NCBI GenBank assembly: GCA_964057225.1
Contig: OZ059899.1
Span: 9,672,001-9,736,000 of the forward strand
Direction of reading: 5' to 3'
Length of the DNA: 64,000 bases
DNA from: Auanema rhodensis
Lineage: Eukaryota; Animalia; Nematoda
Of this stretch, positions 12,790 to 26,071 are shown piece by piece (position 1 is the stretch's first letter; every line of letters begins with the position of its first letter). The position numbers were made by a program, and so were the translations under genes. Below the pieces are notes generated by a model, which worked only from the letters and a program-made list of their open reading frames with translations, did not search any database and was not told the origin of the DNA.

Positions 12790-14392
12790 TAAATTTTTTT
12801 CATTTCACTTGTCATTTATATAAATCGAATTTATCTTTTTCAACGATTATTTTTGAATCGTGTCATAAGAATTTCACAGTTGAACAAAACGTTTTTTAAG
12901 AAGTTTTTTTGTTGTCAACATATATATTTTCCTGGAATTCGAAAGCATTTGGGATGGAAAATAGAAAGAAAAGAACTAGTTTTTCCTACTTTAAAACAAA
13001 CAATAAGAAATAAAATAAAAAAGATTGTTAGATATCCAATTTAAACTTATACATTTACTTCGATAAAGAGCCTATTAGTTTGAAATTCTATGTCTTACAG
13101 TTCTCCAACAGAACAGACTGATCCTGATTTCTCTATGATTACATAAAACTCTCGTTTGATATAAAAAAAGGAGAGGAATAACGTTTCCAGGATGTCAATG
13201 ATATCGAATCTAGTGATATTGTAGAAAAATGTAATGTCAGCTCCATAGGTTTTTTTTTAATTTCTCTCATCACAATTGTCTTAGTTTTTTCTCTCATAAG
13301 AGTTTCTGAAATCTTAGTTGAACAAGGCATTATATATCTTTTTCTGAAATTCGAAAGCATTTGGGATGGAAATTAGAAAGAAAAGAACTAGTTTTTCCTA
13401 CTTTAAAACAAACAATAAGAAATAAAATGAAAAAGATTGTTAGATATCCAATTTAAACTTATACATTTACTTCGATAAAGAGCCTATTAGTTTGAAATTT
13501 TATGTCTTACAGTTCTCCAACACAACAGACTGATCCTGATTTTTCTACGATTACATAAAACTCTCGTTTGATATAAAAGCATATTGGATAGAAATTTCGA
13601 AAGCATTTTAGATGGAAATTAGAACGAAAAGAACTAGTTTTTTCTAATTTAAAACAAACAATAATAAACAAAATGAAAAGATTGTTAGATATCCAATTTT
13701 AACTTATACATTTACTTCGATGAAGAGCCTATTAGATTGAATTTTTGAGTCTTACAGTTCTCCAACAGAACAGACTGATCCTGATTTCTCTATGATTACA
13801 TAAAACTCTCGTTTGATATACAAAAAGGAGAGGAATAACGTTTCCAGGATATCAATGATATCGAATCTAGTGATATTGTAGAAAAATGTAATGTCAGCTC
13901 CATAGTTTTTCTCTTAATTTCTCTCATCACAATAGTCTTAGTTTTTTTTCATAAGAGTTTCTGAAATCTTAGTTGAACAAGGCATTATATATCTTTTTCT
14001 GGAATTCGAAAGCATTTGGGATGGAAATTAGAAAGAAAAGAACTAGTTTTTCCTACTTTAAAACAAACAATAAGAAATAAAATGAAAAAGATTGTTAGAT
14101 ATCCAATTTAAACTTATACATTTACTTCGATAAAGAGCCTATTAGTTTGAAATTTTATGTCTTACAGTTCTCCAACACAACAGACTGATCCTGATTTCTC
14201 TATGATTACATAAAACTCTCGTTTGATATAAAAAAAGGAGAGGAATAACGTTTCCAGGATGTCAATGATATCGAATCTAGTGATATTGTAGAAAAATGTA
14301 ATGTCAGCTCCATAGGTTTTCTCTTAATTTCTCTCATCACAATATTCTTAGTTTTTTTTCTCATAAGAGTTTCTGAAATCTTAGTTGAACAA

Positions 14393-14465
14393 GGCCGCGT
14401 GGCGCAATGGATAACGCGTCTGCCTACGGAGCAGAAGATTGTAGGTTCGAATCCTGCCGTGGTCG
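14393..14465 (+). tRNA. tRNA-Arg(ACG)
   Basis: Consensus copy. Confidence 0.95.
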
Positions 14466-15000
14466 TAAATTTTTTTCATTTCACTTGTCATTTACAAAAA
14501 TCGAATTCATCTTCTTCAACCATTATTTTTGCAATGTGTCATAAGAATTTCACAGTTGAACAGAACGTTTTTCAAGAAGTTTTTTTGTTGTCAACATATA
14601 TATTTTCCTGAAATTCGAAAGCATTTGGGATGAAAATTAGAAAGAAAAGAACTAATTTTTCCTACTTTAAAACAAACAATAAGAAATAAAATAAAAAAGA
14701 TTGTTAGATATCCAATTTAAACTTATACATTTACTTCGATAAAGAGCCTATTAGTTTGAAATTTTATGTCTTACAGTTCTCCAACAGAACAAACTGATCC
14801 TGATTTCTCTATGATTACAAAACTCTCGTTTGATATAAAAAAAGGAGAGGAATAACGTTTCCAGGATGTCAATGATATCGAATCTAGTGATATTGTAGAA
14901 AAATGTAATGTCAGCTCCATAGGTTTTCTCTTAATTTCTCTCATCACAATATTCTTAGTTTTTTTTTCTCATAAGAGTTTCTGAAATCTTAGTTGAACAA

Positions 15001-15073
15001 GGCCGCGTGGCGCAATGGATAACGCGTCTGCCTACGGAGCAGAAGATTGTAGGTTCGAATCCTGCCGTGGTCG
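15001..15073 (+). tRNA. tRNA-Arg(ACG)
   Basis: Consensus copy. Confidence 0.95.
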
Positions 15074-15608
15074 TAAATTTTTTTCATTTCACTTGTCATT
15101 TATAAAAATCGAATTTATCTTTTTCAACGATTATTTTTGCAATGTGTCATAAGAATTTCACAGTTAAACAAAACGTTTTTTTAGAAGTTTTTTTGTTGTT
15201 AACATATATATTCTCCTGGAATTTGAAAGCATTTGGGATGGAAATAAGAAAGAAAAGAACTAGTTTTTCCTACTTCAAAACAAACAATAAGAAATAAAAT
15301 GAAAAAGATTGTTAGATATCCAATTTAAACTTATACATTTACTTTGATAAAGAGCCTATTAGATTGAAATTTTATGTCTTACAGTTCTCCAACAGAACAG
15401 ACTGGTCCTGATTTTTCTACGATTACAAAACTCTCGTTTGATATGAAAAAAGCAGAGGAATAACGTTTCCAGGATGTCAATGATATCGAATCTAGTGATA
15501 TTGTAGAAAAATGTAATGTCAGCTCCATAGGTTTTCTCTTAATTTCTCTCATCACAATATTCTTAGTTTTTTTTTCTCATAAGAGTTTCTGAAATCTTAG
15601 TTGAACAA

Positions 15609-15681
15609 GGCCGCGTGGCGCAATGGATAACGCGTCTGCCTACGGAGCAGAAGATTGTAGGTTCGAATCCTGCCGTGGTCG
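15609..15681 (+). tRNA. tRNA-Arg(ACG)
   Basis: Consensus copy. Confidence 0.95.
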
Positions 15682-16128
15682 TAAATTTTTTTCATTTCAC
15701 TTGTCATTTATAAAAATCGAATTTATCTTTTTCAACGATTATTTTTGCAATGTGTCATAAGAATTTCACAGTTAAACAAAACGTTTTTTTAGAAGTTTTT
15801 TTGTTGTTAACATATATATTCTCCTGGAATTTGAAAGCATTTGGGATGGAAATAAGAAAGAAAAGAACTAGTTTTTCCTACTTCAAAACAAACAATAAGA
15901 AATAAAATGAAAAAGATTGTTAGATATCCAATTTAAACTTATACATTTACTTTGATAAAGAGCCTATTAGATTGAAATTTTATGTCTTACAGTTCTCCAA
16001 CAGAACAGACTGGTCCTGATTTTTCTACGATTACAAAAAACTCTCGTTTGATATAAAAAAAGGAGAGGAATAACGTTTCCAGGATGTCAATGATATCGAA
16101 TCTAGTGATATTGTAGAAAAATTTTTTA

Positions 16129-16826
16129 GGGTTTTTAGTTAAAACCGCAATACCCAGCTCCTCTTTTAAACCATTTAAAAATGCCGTTTTCAACATTGGT
16201 TCCCGCTCGGGATCCATTGGTGACATTATGGTGCTTGCCATTCTCTCTAATTCCATACTAAAATCAAGAACAGATTTATCTCCTTGTTGTACTCGATGAA
16301 TAAGCGCTATGGTGAAATTTTTATCTGTTTTAGGCGCTAAACGCTCAGTGAGCTGATCCATCAAAACAATCCATGGGCCATTAGTTCTTATGCCACTAGG
16401 AATACTATTATACAAGGAGAGAGCTGTTTCATTTGATTCCAAAAGAAGAAGAGGCAAAATTAATAGTCTCTCAGGTAAGCTTAGATTCATAACATTAAAA
16501 AATCTATTTAAAGATTCAACAAAAGAACGAAAGCTACGAGAGCCGTCATACCTGGGACAGAGATGGCAATTCAAAATAGTTGCCATATTTCTAGAGGGTG
16601 GAGCAACATTAGAATTAGGAGATGGAGAGGTAGGAGTCATTTTTCTTTCAAAAGCTTTAGTTATAGCAGCGGCTCACCGACTTGGTGATCTATTTCGTAC
16701 TGTAGTAGGTGCCCGAGGTGTTTCCTCAGTGATGGCCTTTCTGCTTTTACTTCTCGTTCTAATTGTTAGAGAAGAAGAGTGAGAAGAAGAAGAGGAATCA
16801 CCTTCTTCTCTCAAAAATTCAAAAGG
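16129..16826 (-). pseudogene. gag: Ty3/gypsy gag fragment, truncated after VLTKNP where it joins the array
   Basis: ORF 15987-16640 carries the same capsid-like sequence; its tail (KKFFYNITRF...) is read-through into antisense array DNA. Confidence 0.85.
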
Positions 16827-18523
16827 AGAGAGGTAGGTGAATGGAGTATTTAAGTTTTTAGAATTAAATTCAAAAACTTGGCGTACCTCTGGTGATCCTT
16901 GTTCCTGATCTTTGTTTTCCTCGCTGATGTCCGAGTCCGACAGGGTGGCTGGTGAATACAGTTAGATGAATATAAGAGCGCGTACTGGAAGCAACTAGAC
17001 TCCAGTAAAAACGTTTGTGACAATGGCGTCTGATGAAGGAGGATCGTTGAAGCTTCAAGCTCCGCCTCCAGCCATGTGTCACGACACCAGATGTTAGCGC
17101 TTATGGTAAACAACCATTGACCGTCTGTCGTGATATTTGAATATTATAATCACTAATGTCAGCTTAGAGACAAATAAGGAATCACAGATGGTGCCTTAAG
17201 CCTGTTTGAAAACTTTTGAATTTTAACAGCTGTTATTGACTACACATGTCGAACAGCTGGTACGCGTGGGCCAACTATTTGAATGTGAGTAAGCTTAAAG
17301 TAAACAAAAATGTCTCATCTCGTATATTAAGTTCAATTTCATAAAGGTTATTAAGATTTGTAGAAAGAATTTCAAAATAAATCTTAATTAAGATAATTTT
17401 TAATTTAATTCCAAAAGATTTAGAAGGTAATTTAAGATTGATATAGGATTTTAAATTCAGTAATCTGTCAATAATATAGGAAAAAGGAAACGTTGGCAGA
17501 CGTAGAGTGGACTTGGGTGGGTAGGAATTTAAATATTCTTATTATCTCTGAACTAATAAGAAAAGAGTTAACAGGAGTAGAACCCTGATGAACCCTTGGA
17601 TGTGAATCAAAATCAAAAATCGTAAATAAAATTATCCCAACAGCCTCCAGCTTCCAAACAACTCAGCTAAAAAGTGAGCTCTGTTGCCACACTGGACATT
17701 CACATCATAAAGTAATGAATCAAAATAGCACGCGCGTGCATAACAAAAAGGTAACGCTCGTCAAAACTGATTGTCTGATAGTTTCCCCAAACGTCTCAGA
17801 CACCTCCCAGTTTTCGTTGAGCGGAGGAGAAGTGGTTCTTAATTCTTCAAAGCCAATTAAAATTAATAAAAATGACCACATTGGTTCAGGACTTATAGCA
17901 TCTAAAGAAATTATGAACGATTATGTTCCACCTGAAGCTGATTGGGAAGATAAGTTACCAACTTTTCCTCAGCATCTTTTGGATGATTTAAACTTCAATT
18001 CTTGCACTCTGTCCCATAAAATGAAGAAAAATCTGATCACAATCATTAAGGAAAACCAAACGGCATTTTTCAACCATGATCATAATATTGGTCTCTTTTG
18101 CGGACCAGTTGAACATGCCATTCCTATAAGATCTGATATGGATTTTCCAAAAAGTAGATCTTAAAGAGTACCATTGGGTAAGCAAGAAGAAGTAGAACGG
18201 CAAGTGAAAGAAATGTTGTCGCAAGGTATAATCGAAAATTCGACGGCCACTTTCACTAGTCCAGTTGTTCTTGTGAAAAAGAAAGATAATTCTTTCCGGT
18301 TCGTTACTGACTTTAGAGCATTGAATAGTGTTACTAAGAAACAAACATACAGCATTCCACACATTCCTGATATCATAGACTTAGCGGCTGGAGCTCAGTT
18401 CTTTTCGAATTTTGATCTCATTTCTGGTTTCTTCCAAATACCGTTGAAACGCTCAGATAGATACCTAACTGCTTTTACCACTCCATCAGGTACCTATCAG
18501 TATTGCCGAATGCCTATGGGATT
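16129..18523. repeat. Right arm of the large inverted repeat (partner 1-2394)
   Basis: Reverse complement of 1-2394 with one extra base at ~16551 and a few substitutions. Confidence 0.95.
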
Positions 18524-19996
18524 GTGTGGAGCGCCACACACTTTTCAATCCGCAGTACGATACTTGCAATCTCTTGTTAGATGCAAACTGTTTGTATATC
18601 TAGATGATTTGCTAATAATTTCGAACTCAGCTGAAAAACATTTAAGAGATATACAAGAAGTGCTGAACAAGGTCACTGAACTAGGGTTAAAAATTAAGTT
18701 ATCTAAATGTTGCTTTGCAGCCACTGAAGTAAAGTTTTTGGGTTTTATAATAGGTAGAAATGGTGTTAAACCAGATCCTGCTAAAATACAGGCTGTTTCC
18801 GAATTTCCAAATCCAAGCACAGTTACGGCTGTCAGATCCTTTCTAGGTATGACTAACTATTTTCGACGGTTTATTCAAAATTATGCCGGAATAGCTGAGC
18901 CATTGTATAAGTTAACACATAAGGATACTCCTTTTGAGTGGAAATCGGAACATGCAGACGCATTTAAAACTTTAAAAACATTACTGTATAAAAACATTAC
19001 TGGAAATATCCTCCTATTGAAGTTGAAGCACTCGGTTTAGTCTTTGCTCTTCAACAATTCCGTACCTATGTATTAGGAGTACCTACCACAGTTATCACAG
19101 ATCACCGACCATTAACCAGTTTAATGTCGCGTAAAGATCTCATAGGTAGATTAGCCAAGTATCAACTAATGATACAAGATTTCAACATAAAGATTGAATA
19201 TCGTCCTGGCAAATTAAACAGTGTCTGTGATGCTCTCTCCAGGTATATAGGAAACGAAGCAAATGACAGTCGTCCTACTTAACCAAAGGACAAAGTAAAA
19301 CCTGTTGATGCTTTTATTGCTCATATCACAACTATTTCTTCTATTGACCAACTAAATTGTGAAGAAATACGGAAAGTTCAAGCTGGAGTTCCCTGGATTC
19401 GCGAAGCACTTTCTCAAATTAATAATGATAACTGTCCGGCTAATATATCAGACCGGTATGAAGAACGAGAAGGCATATTACATGCAAAACAAGCGAAAAA
19501 TTATTTGAAACCATCTATTATTTTGCCTCGTAACGACAAAATAACTGATGTTGTTATCAAGTTTTTTCATGAAGATTCCAAAATTGGTGCACACCTAGGT
19601 ATAAATAAAACTACTGATGCGATTCGACGACGATTCTTTTGGACTAATATGGTTCCACAAATAACTGAATTTATTAATCGTTGTACAAAATGTGCAAGTA
19701 GGAAATCTAACCCACACCAATCGTATATTCAACCTATGGGAAGATTTGTTATACCCGAAAAGCCATTTGATCGTATTCATGTAGATATACTAGGTCCTTT
19801 ACCTCGCACTAATGATGGACATCGATACATCTTGAGTATTCAAGACGCTTTTAGTAAATGGGGAACAACTTGCCCATTAATAACACAAACGGCTACTGAA
19901 ATCACAAAAGCGTTTGTAATTAGATTTGTTTTCATATATGGACCACCAATGAGTATGATAACCGATAATGGTAGTAGCTTTTTGTCATCTGAATTT
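17592..19996 (+). pseudogene. pol: Ty3/gypsy pol (PR-RT linker, RT, partial RNase H, partial integrase), disrupted
   Basis: RT motifs MPMGLCGAP and YLDD; integrase H..H..CTKC and IHVDILGP...ITDNG; stops at 18162 and ~19280; 162-bp RNase H deletion at ~18988 relative to 60123-60284; truncated after SSEF. Confidence 0.93.
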
Positions 19997-20004
19997 AAAA
20001 AAAC

Positions 20005-20151
20005 AAATGTTGCTTTGCAGCCACTGAAGTGAAGTTTTTGGGTTTTGTAATAGGTAGAAATGGTGTTAAACCAGATCCTGCTAAAATACAGGCTGTTTCC
20101 GAATTTCCAAATCCAAGCACAGTTACGGCTGTCAGATCCTTTCTAGGTATG
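20005..20151 (+). pseudogene. Extra RT fragment (KCCFAATEVKFLGFVIG...SFLGM)
   Basis: Repeats 18705-18851, but carries the GFVIG allele seen in the copy near 60520. Confidence 0.85.
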
Positions 20152-20154
20152 GGT

Positions 20155-20202
20155 CGTTCGGGTCTGCCTACCTAAGGAACAAGGTAGAAGTACATATATC
20201 TT
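20155..20202 (+). mobile_element. Internal LTR fragment
   Basis: CGTTCGGGTCTGCCTACCTAAGGAACAAGGTAGAAGTACATATATCTT is identical to the LTR at 11873-11920. Confidence 0.9.
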
Positions 20203-20722
20203 TTTTTTGTAAAAGTAATGTCAGCTCCATAGGTTTTTTTTTAATTTCTCTCATCACAATTGTCTTAGTTTTTTCTCTCATAAGAGTTTCTGAAATCTTA
20301 GTTGAACAAGGCATTATATATCTTTTTCTGAAATTCGAAAGCATTTGGGATGGAAATTAGAAAGAAAAGAACTAGTTTTTCCTACTTTAAAACAAACTAT
20401 AAGAAATAAAAAGAAAAAGATTGTTAGATATCCAATTTAAACTTATACATTTACTTCGATAAAGAGCCTATTAGTTTGAAATTTTATGTCTTACAGTTCT
20501 CCAACAGAACAGACTGATCCTGATTTCTCTATGATTACATGAAACTCTCGTTTGATATACAAAAAGAAGAGGAATAACGTTTCCAGGATATCAATGATAT
20601 CGAATCTAGTGATATTGTAGAAAAATGTAATGTCAGCTCCATAGTTTTTCTCTTAATTTCTCTCATCAAAATAGTCTTAGTTTTTTTTCCTCATAAGAGT
20701 TTCTGAAATCTTAGTTGAACAA

Positions 20723-20795
20723 GGCCGCGTGGCGCAATGGATAACGCGTCTGCCTACGGAGCAGAAGATTGTAGGTTCGAATCCTGCCGTGGTCG
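20723..20795 (+). tRNA. tRNA-Arg(ACG)
   Basis: Consensus copy. Confidence 0.95.
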
Positions 20796-20942
20796 TAAAT
20801 TTTTTTCATTTCTACATTTATTTCGATAAAGAGCCTATTAGATTGAAATTTTATGTTTTACAGTTCTCCAACACAACAGACTGATCCTTATTTCTCTATG
20901 ATTACATAAAACTCTCGTTTGATATGAAAAAAGGAGAGGAAT

Positions 20943-21322
20943 TGTCACATCTGCTAGCACATGGTAAACATGTGCGCGCTATTCAAATAGCGGGAGCCTG
21001 AACAAGCCCCGCCAACAACATGGGACACACATGGCACTCTTGCTTCTGGCCTAACCCAGATAGGTTGTCTTATAGTCATGTGAGTCTCATCTCTATATCA
21101 TCTATATATATACTCTATTTAATACTTTATTATATCTCTTTATATTCTTTCTTAATGTAATTCTTATATTGTATTTTCTTGTTATCTGATAATGAATCCT
21201 TTTCGCTTAAGTATTTGTCTTAATAAGGAAATCGGGGCGTTCGGGTCTGCCTACCTAAGGAACAAGGTAGAAGTACATATATCTTCCGACCATGAAAAGA
21301 CGGGAAGAAACAATATGTAACG
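20943..21322 (+). mobile_element. Solo LTR (380 bp)
   Basis: Same sequence, site and TSD as 11578-11957. Confidence 0.95.
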
Positions 21323-21472
21323 GAATAACGTTTCCAGGATATCAATGATATCGAATCTAGTGATATTGTAAAAAAATGTAATGTCAGCTCCATAGGTTTT
21401 CTCTTAATTTCTCTCATCACAATTGTCTTAGTTTTTTTTCTCATAAGAGTTTCTGAAATCTTAGTTGAACAA

Positions 21473-21545
21473 GGCCGCGTGGCGCAATGGATAACGCGTC
21501 TGCCTACGGAGCAGAAGATTGTAGGTTCGAATCCTGCCGTGGTCG
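21473..21545 (+). tRNA. tRNA-Arg(ACG)
   Basis: Consensus copy. Confidence 0.95.
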
Positions 21546-23011
21546 TAAATTTTTTTCATTTCACTTGACATTTACAAAAATCGAATTTATCTTCTTCAAC
21601 CATTATTTTTGCAATGTGTCATAAGAATTTCACAGTTGAACAAAACGTTTTTTAAGAACTTTTTTTGTTGTCAACATATATATTTTCCTGGAATTCGAAA
21701 GCATTTGGGATGGAAAATAGAAAGAAAAGAACTAGTTTTTCCTACTTTAAAACAAACAATAAGAAATAAAATAAAAAAGATTGTTAGATATCCAATTTAA
21801 ACTTATACATTTACTTCGATAAAGAGCCTATTAGTTTGAAATTTTATGTCTTACAGTTCTCCAACAGAACAGACTGATCCTGATTTCTCTATGATTACAT
21901 AAAACTCTCGTTTGATATAAAAGCATATTGGATAGAAATTTCGAAAGCATTTTAGATGGAAATTAGAACGAAAAGAACTAGTTTTTTCTAATTTAAAACA
22001 AACAATAATAAACAAAATGAAAAGATTGTTAGATATCCAATTTTAACTTATACATTTACTTCGATGAAGAGCCTATTAGATTGAATTTTTGAGTCTTACA
22101 GTTCTCCAACAGAACAGACTGATCCTGATTTCTCTATGATTACATAAAACTCTCGTTTGATATACAAAAAGGAGAGGAATAACGTTTCCAGGATATCAAT
22201 GATATCGAATCTAGTGATATTGTAGAAAAATGTAATGTCAGCTCCATAGTTTTTCTCTTAATTTCTCTCATCACAATAGTCTTAGTTTTTTTTCATAAGA
22301 GTTTCTGAAATCTTAGTTGAACAAGGCATTATATATCTTTTTCTGGAATTCGAAAGCATTTGGGATGGAAATTAGAAAGAAAAGAACTAGTTTTTCCTAC
22401 TTTAAAACAAACAATAAGAAATAAAATGAAAAAGATTGTTAGATATCCAATTTAAACTTATACATTTACTTCGATAAAGAGCCTATTAGTTTGAAATTTT
22501 ATGTCTTACAGTTCTCCAACACAACAGACTGATCCTGATTTCTCTATGATTACATAAAACTCTCGTTTGATATAAAAAAAGGAGAGGAATAACGTTTCCA
22601 GGATGTCAATGATATCGAATCTAGTGATATTGTAGAAAAATGTAATGTCAGCTCCATAGGTTTTCTCTTAATTTCTCTCATCACAATATTCTTAGTTTTT
22701 TTTCTCATAAGAAAATTTAAACCAATTTAAACTTATACATTTACTTCGATAAAGAGCCTATTAGTTTGAAATTTTATGTCTTACAGTTCTCCAACAGAAC
22801 AGACTGATCCTGATTTCTCTATGATTACATAAAACTCTCGTTTGATATAAAAAAAGGAGAGGAATAACGTTTCCAGGATGTCAATGATATCGAATCTAGT
22901 GATATTGTAGAAAAATGTAATGTCAGCTCCATAGGTTTTCTCTTAATTTCTCTCATCACAATATTCTTAGTTTTTTTTCTCATAAGAGTTTCTGAAATCT
23001 TAGTTGAACAA

Positions 23012-23084
23012 GGCCGCGTGGGGCAATGGATAACGCGTCTGCCTACGGAGCAGAAGATTGTAGGTTCGAATCCTGCCGTGGTCG
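23012..23084 (+). tRNA. tRNA-Arg(ACG), D-stem/A-box variant C11G
   Basis: GTGGGGCAATGG instead of GTGGCGCAATGG. Confidence 0.75.
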
Positions 23085-23620
23085 TAAATTTTTTTCATTT
23101 CACTTGTCATTTATATAAATCGAATTTATCTTTTTCAACGATTATTTTTGAATCGTGTCATAAGAATTTCATAGTTGAAAAAAACGTTTTTTAAGAACTT
23201 TTTTTGTTGTCAACATATAAATTTTCCTGGAATTCGAAAGCATTTGGGATGGAAAATAGAAAGAAAAGAACTAGTTTTTTCTACTTTAAAACAAACAATA
23301 AGAAATAAAATAAAAAAGATTGTTAGATATCCAATTTAAACTTATACATTTACTTCGATAAAGAGCCTATTAGTTTGAAATTTTATGTCTTACAGTTCTC
23401 CAACAGAACAGACTGATCCTGATTTCTCTATGATTACATAAAACTCTCGTTTGATATAAAAAAAGGAGAGGAATAACGTTTCCAGGATGTCAATGATATC
23501 GAATCTAGTGATATTGTAGAAAAATGTAATGTCAGCTCCATAGGTTTTCTCTTAATTTCTCTCATCACAATATTCTTAGTTTTTTTTCTCATAAGAGTTT
23601 CTGAAATCTTAGTTGAACAA

Positions 23621-23693
23621 GGCCGCGTGGCGCAATGGATAACGCGTCTGCCTACGGAGCAGAAGATTGTAGGTTCGAATCCTGCCGTGGTCG
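23621..23693 (+). tRNA. tRNA-Arg(ACG)
   Basis: Consensus copy. Confidence 0.95.
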
Positions 23694-24640
23694 TAAATTT
23701 TTTTCATTTCACTTGTCATTTATAAAAATCGAATTTATCTTTTTAAACGATTATTTTTGCATCGTGTCATAAGAATTTTACAGTTGAACAAAACGTTTTT
23801 TAAGAAGTTTTTTTGTTGTCAACATATATATTTTCCTGGAATTCGAAAGCATTTGGGATGGCAAATAGAAAGAAAAGAACTAGTTTTTCCTACTTTAAAA
23901 CAAACAATAAGAAATAAAATAAAAAAGATTGTTAGATATCCAATTTAAACTTATACATTTACTTCGATAAAGAGCCTATTAGTTTGAAATTTTATGTCTT
24001 ACAGTTCTCCAACAGAACAGACTGATCCTGATTTCTCTATGATTACATAAAACTCTCGTTTGATATAAAAAAAGGAGAGGAATAACGTTTCCAGGATGTC
24101 AATGATATCGAATCTAGTGATATTGTAGAAAAATGTAACGTCAGCTCCATAGGTTTTCTCTTAATTTCTCTCATCACAATAGTCTTAGTTTTTTTTCATA
24201 AGAGTTTCTGAAATCTTAGTTGAACAAGGCATTATATATCTTTTTCTGAAATTCGAAAGCATTTGGGATGGAAATTAGAAAGAAAAGAACTAGTTTTTCC
24301 TACTTTAAAACAAACAATAAGAAATAAAATGAAAAAGATTGTTAGATATCCAATTTAAACTTATACATTTACTTCGATAAAGAGCCTATTAGTTTGAAAT
24401 GTTATGTCTTACAGTTCTCCAACACAACAGACTAATCCTGATTTCTCTATGATTACATAAAACTCTCGTTTGATATAAAAAAAGGAGAGGAATAACGTTT
24501 CCAGGATGTCAATGATATCGAATCTAGTGATATTGTAGAAAAATGTAATGTCAGCTCCATAGGTTTTCTCTTAATTTCTCTCATCACAATATTCTTAGTT
24601 TTTTTTCCTCATAAGAGTTTCTGAAATCTTAGTTGAACAA

Positions 24641-24713
24641 GGCCGCGTGGCGCAATGGATAACGCGTCTGCCTACGGAGCAGAAGATTGTAGGTTCGAAT
24701 CCTGCCGTGGTCG
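24641..24713 (+). tRNA. tRNA-Arg(ACG)
   Basis: Consensus copy. Confidence 0.95.
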
Positions 24714-24860
24714 TAAATTTTTTTCATTTCTACATTTATTTCGATAAAGAGCCTATTAGATTGAAATTTTATGTTTTACAGTTCTCCAACACAACAGACT
24801 GATCCTTATTTCTCTATGATTACATAAAACTCTCGTTTGATATGAAAAAAGGAGAGGAAT

Positions 24861-25240
24861 TGTCACATCTGCTAGCACATGGTAAACATGTGCGCGCTAT
24901 TCAAATAGCGGGAGCCTGAACAAGCCCCGCCAACAACATGGGACACACATGGCACTCTTGCTTCTGGCCTAACCCAGATAGGTTGTCTTATAGTCATGTG
25001 AGTCTCATCTCTATATCATCTATATATATACTCTATTTAATACTTTATTATATCTCTTTATATTCTTTCTTAATGTAATTCTTATATTGTATTTTCTTGT
25101 TATCTGATAATGAATCCTTTTCGCTCAAGTATTTGTCTTAATAAGGAAATCGGGGCGTTCGGGTCTGCCTACCTAAGGAACAAGGTAGAAGTACATATAT
25201 CTTCCGACCATGAAAAGACGGGAAGAAACAATATGTAACG
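24861..25240 (+). mobile_element. Solo LTR (380 bp)
   Basis: Same site and TSD as 11578-11957. Confidence 0.95.
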
Positions 25241-25390
25241 GAATAACGTTTCCAGGATATCAATGATATCGAATCTAGTGATATTGTAAAAAAATGTAAT
25301 GTCAGCTCCATAGGTTTTCTCTTAATTTCTCTCATCACAATTGTCTTAGTTTTTTTTCTCATAAGAGTTTCTGAAATCTTAGTTGAACAA

Positions 25391-25463
25391 GGCCGCGTGG
25401 CGCAATGGATAACGCGTCTGCCTACGGAGCAGAAGATTGTAGGTTCGAATCCTGCCGTGGTCG
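25391..25463 (+). tRNA. tRNA-Arg(ACG)
   Basis: Consensus copy. Confidence 0.95.
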
Positions 25464-25998
25464 TAAATTTTTTTCATTTCACTTGTCATTTACAAAAATC
25501 GAATTTATCTTCTTCAACCATTATTTTTGCAATGTGTCATAAGAATTTCACAGTTGAACAAAACGTTTTTTAAGAAGTTTTTTTGTTGTCAACATATATA
25601 TTTTCCTGGAATTTGAAAGCATTTGGGATGGAAATTAGAAAGAAAAGAACTAGTTTTTCCTACTTCAAAACAAACAATAAGAAATAAAATGAAAAAGATT
25701 GTTGGATATCCAATTTAAACTTATACATTTACTTTGATAAAGAGCCTATTAGATTGAAATTTTATGTCTTACAGTTCTCCAACAGAACAGACTGGTCCTG
25801 ATTTTTCTACGATTACAAAAAACTCTCGTTTGATATAAAAAAAGGAGAGGAATAACGTTTCCAGGATGTCAATGATATCGAATCTAGTGATATTGTAGAA
25901 AAATGTAATGTCAGCTCCATAGTTTTTCTCTTAATTTCTCTCATCACAATAGTCTTAGTTTTTTTTTCATAAGAGTTTCTGAAATCTTAGTTGAACAA

Positions 25999-26071
25999 GG
26001 CCGCGTGGCGCAATGGATAACGCGTCTGCCTACGGAGCAGAAGATTGTAGGTTCGAATCCTGCCGTGGTCG
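25999..26071 (+). tRNA. tRNA-Arg(ACG)
   Basis: Consensus copy. Confidence 0.95.

Larger units (their letters stand above)
2624..16122 (+). repeat. Tandem tRNA-Arg(ACG) satellite array, block 1 (14 tRNA copies; 609-bp basic unit; 1258-bp higher-order repeat)
   Basis: tRNA starts at 4086/5344/6602/7860/9118 (period 1258), 9118/9727/10336 (609) and 14393/15001/15609 (608). Confidence 0.97.
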
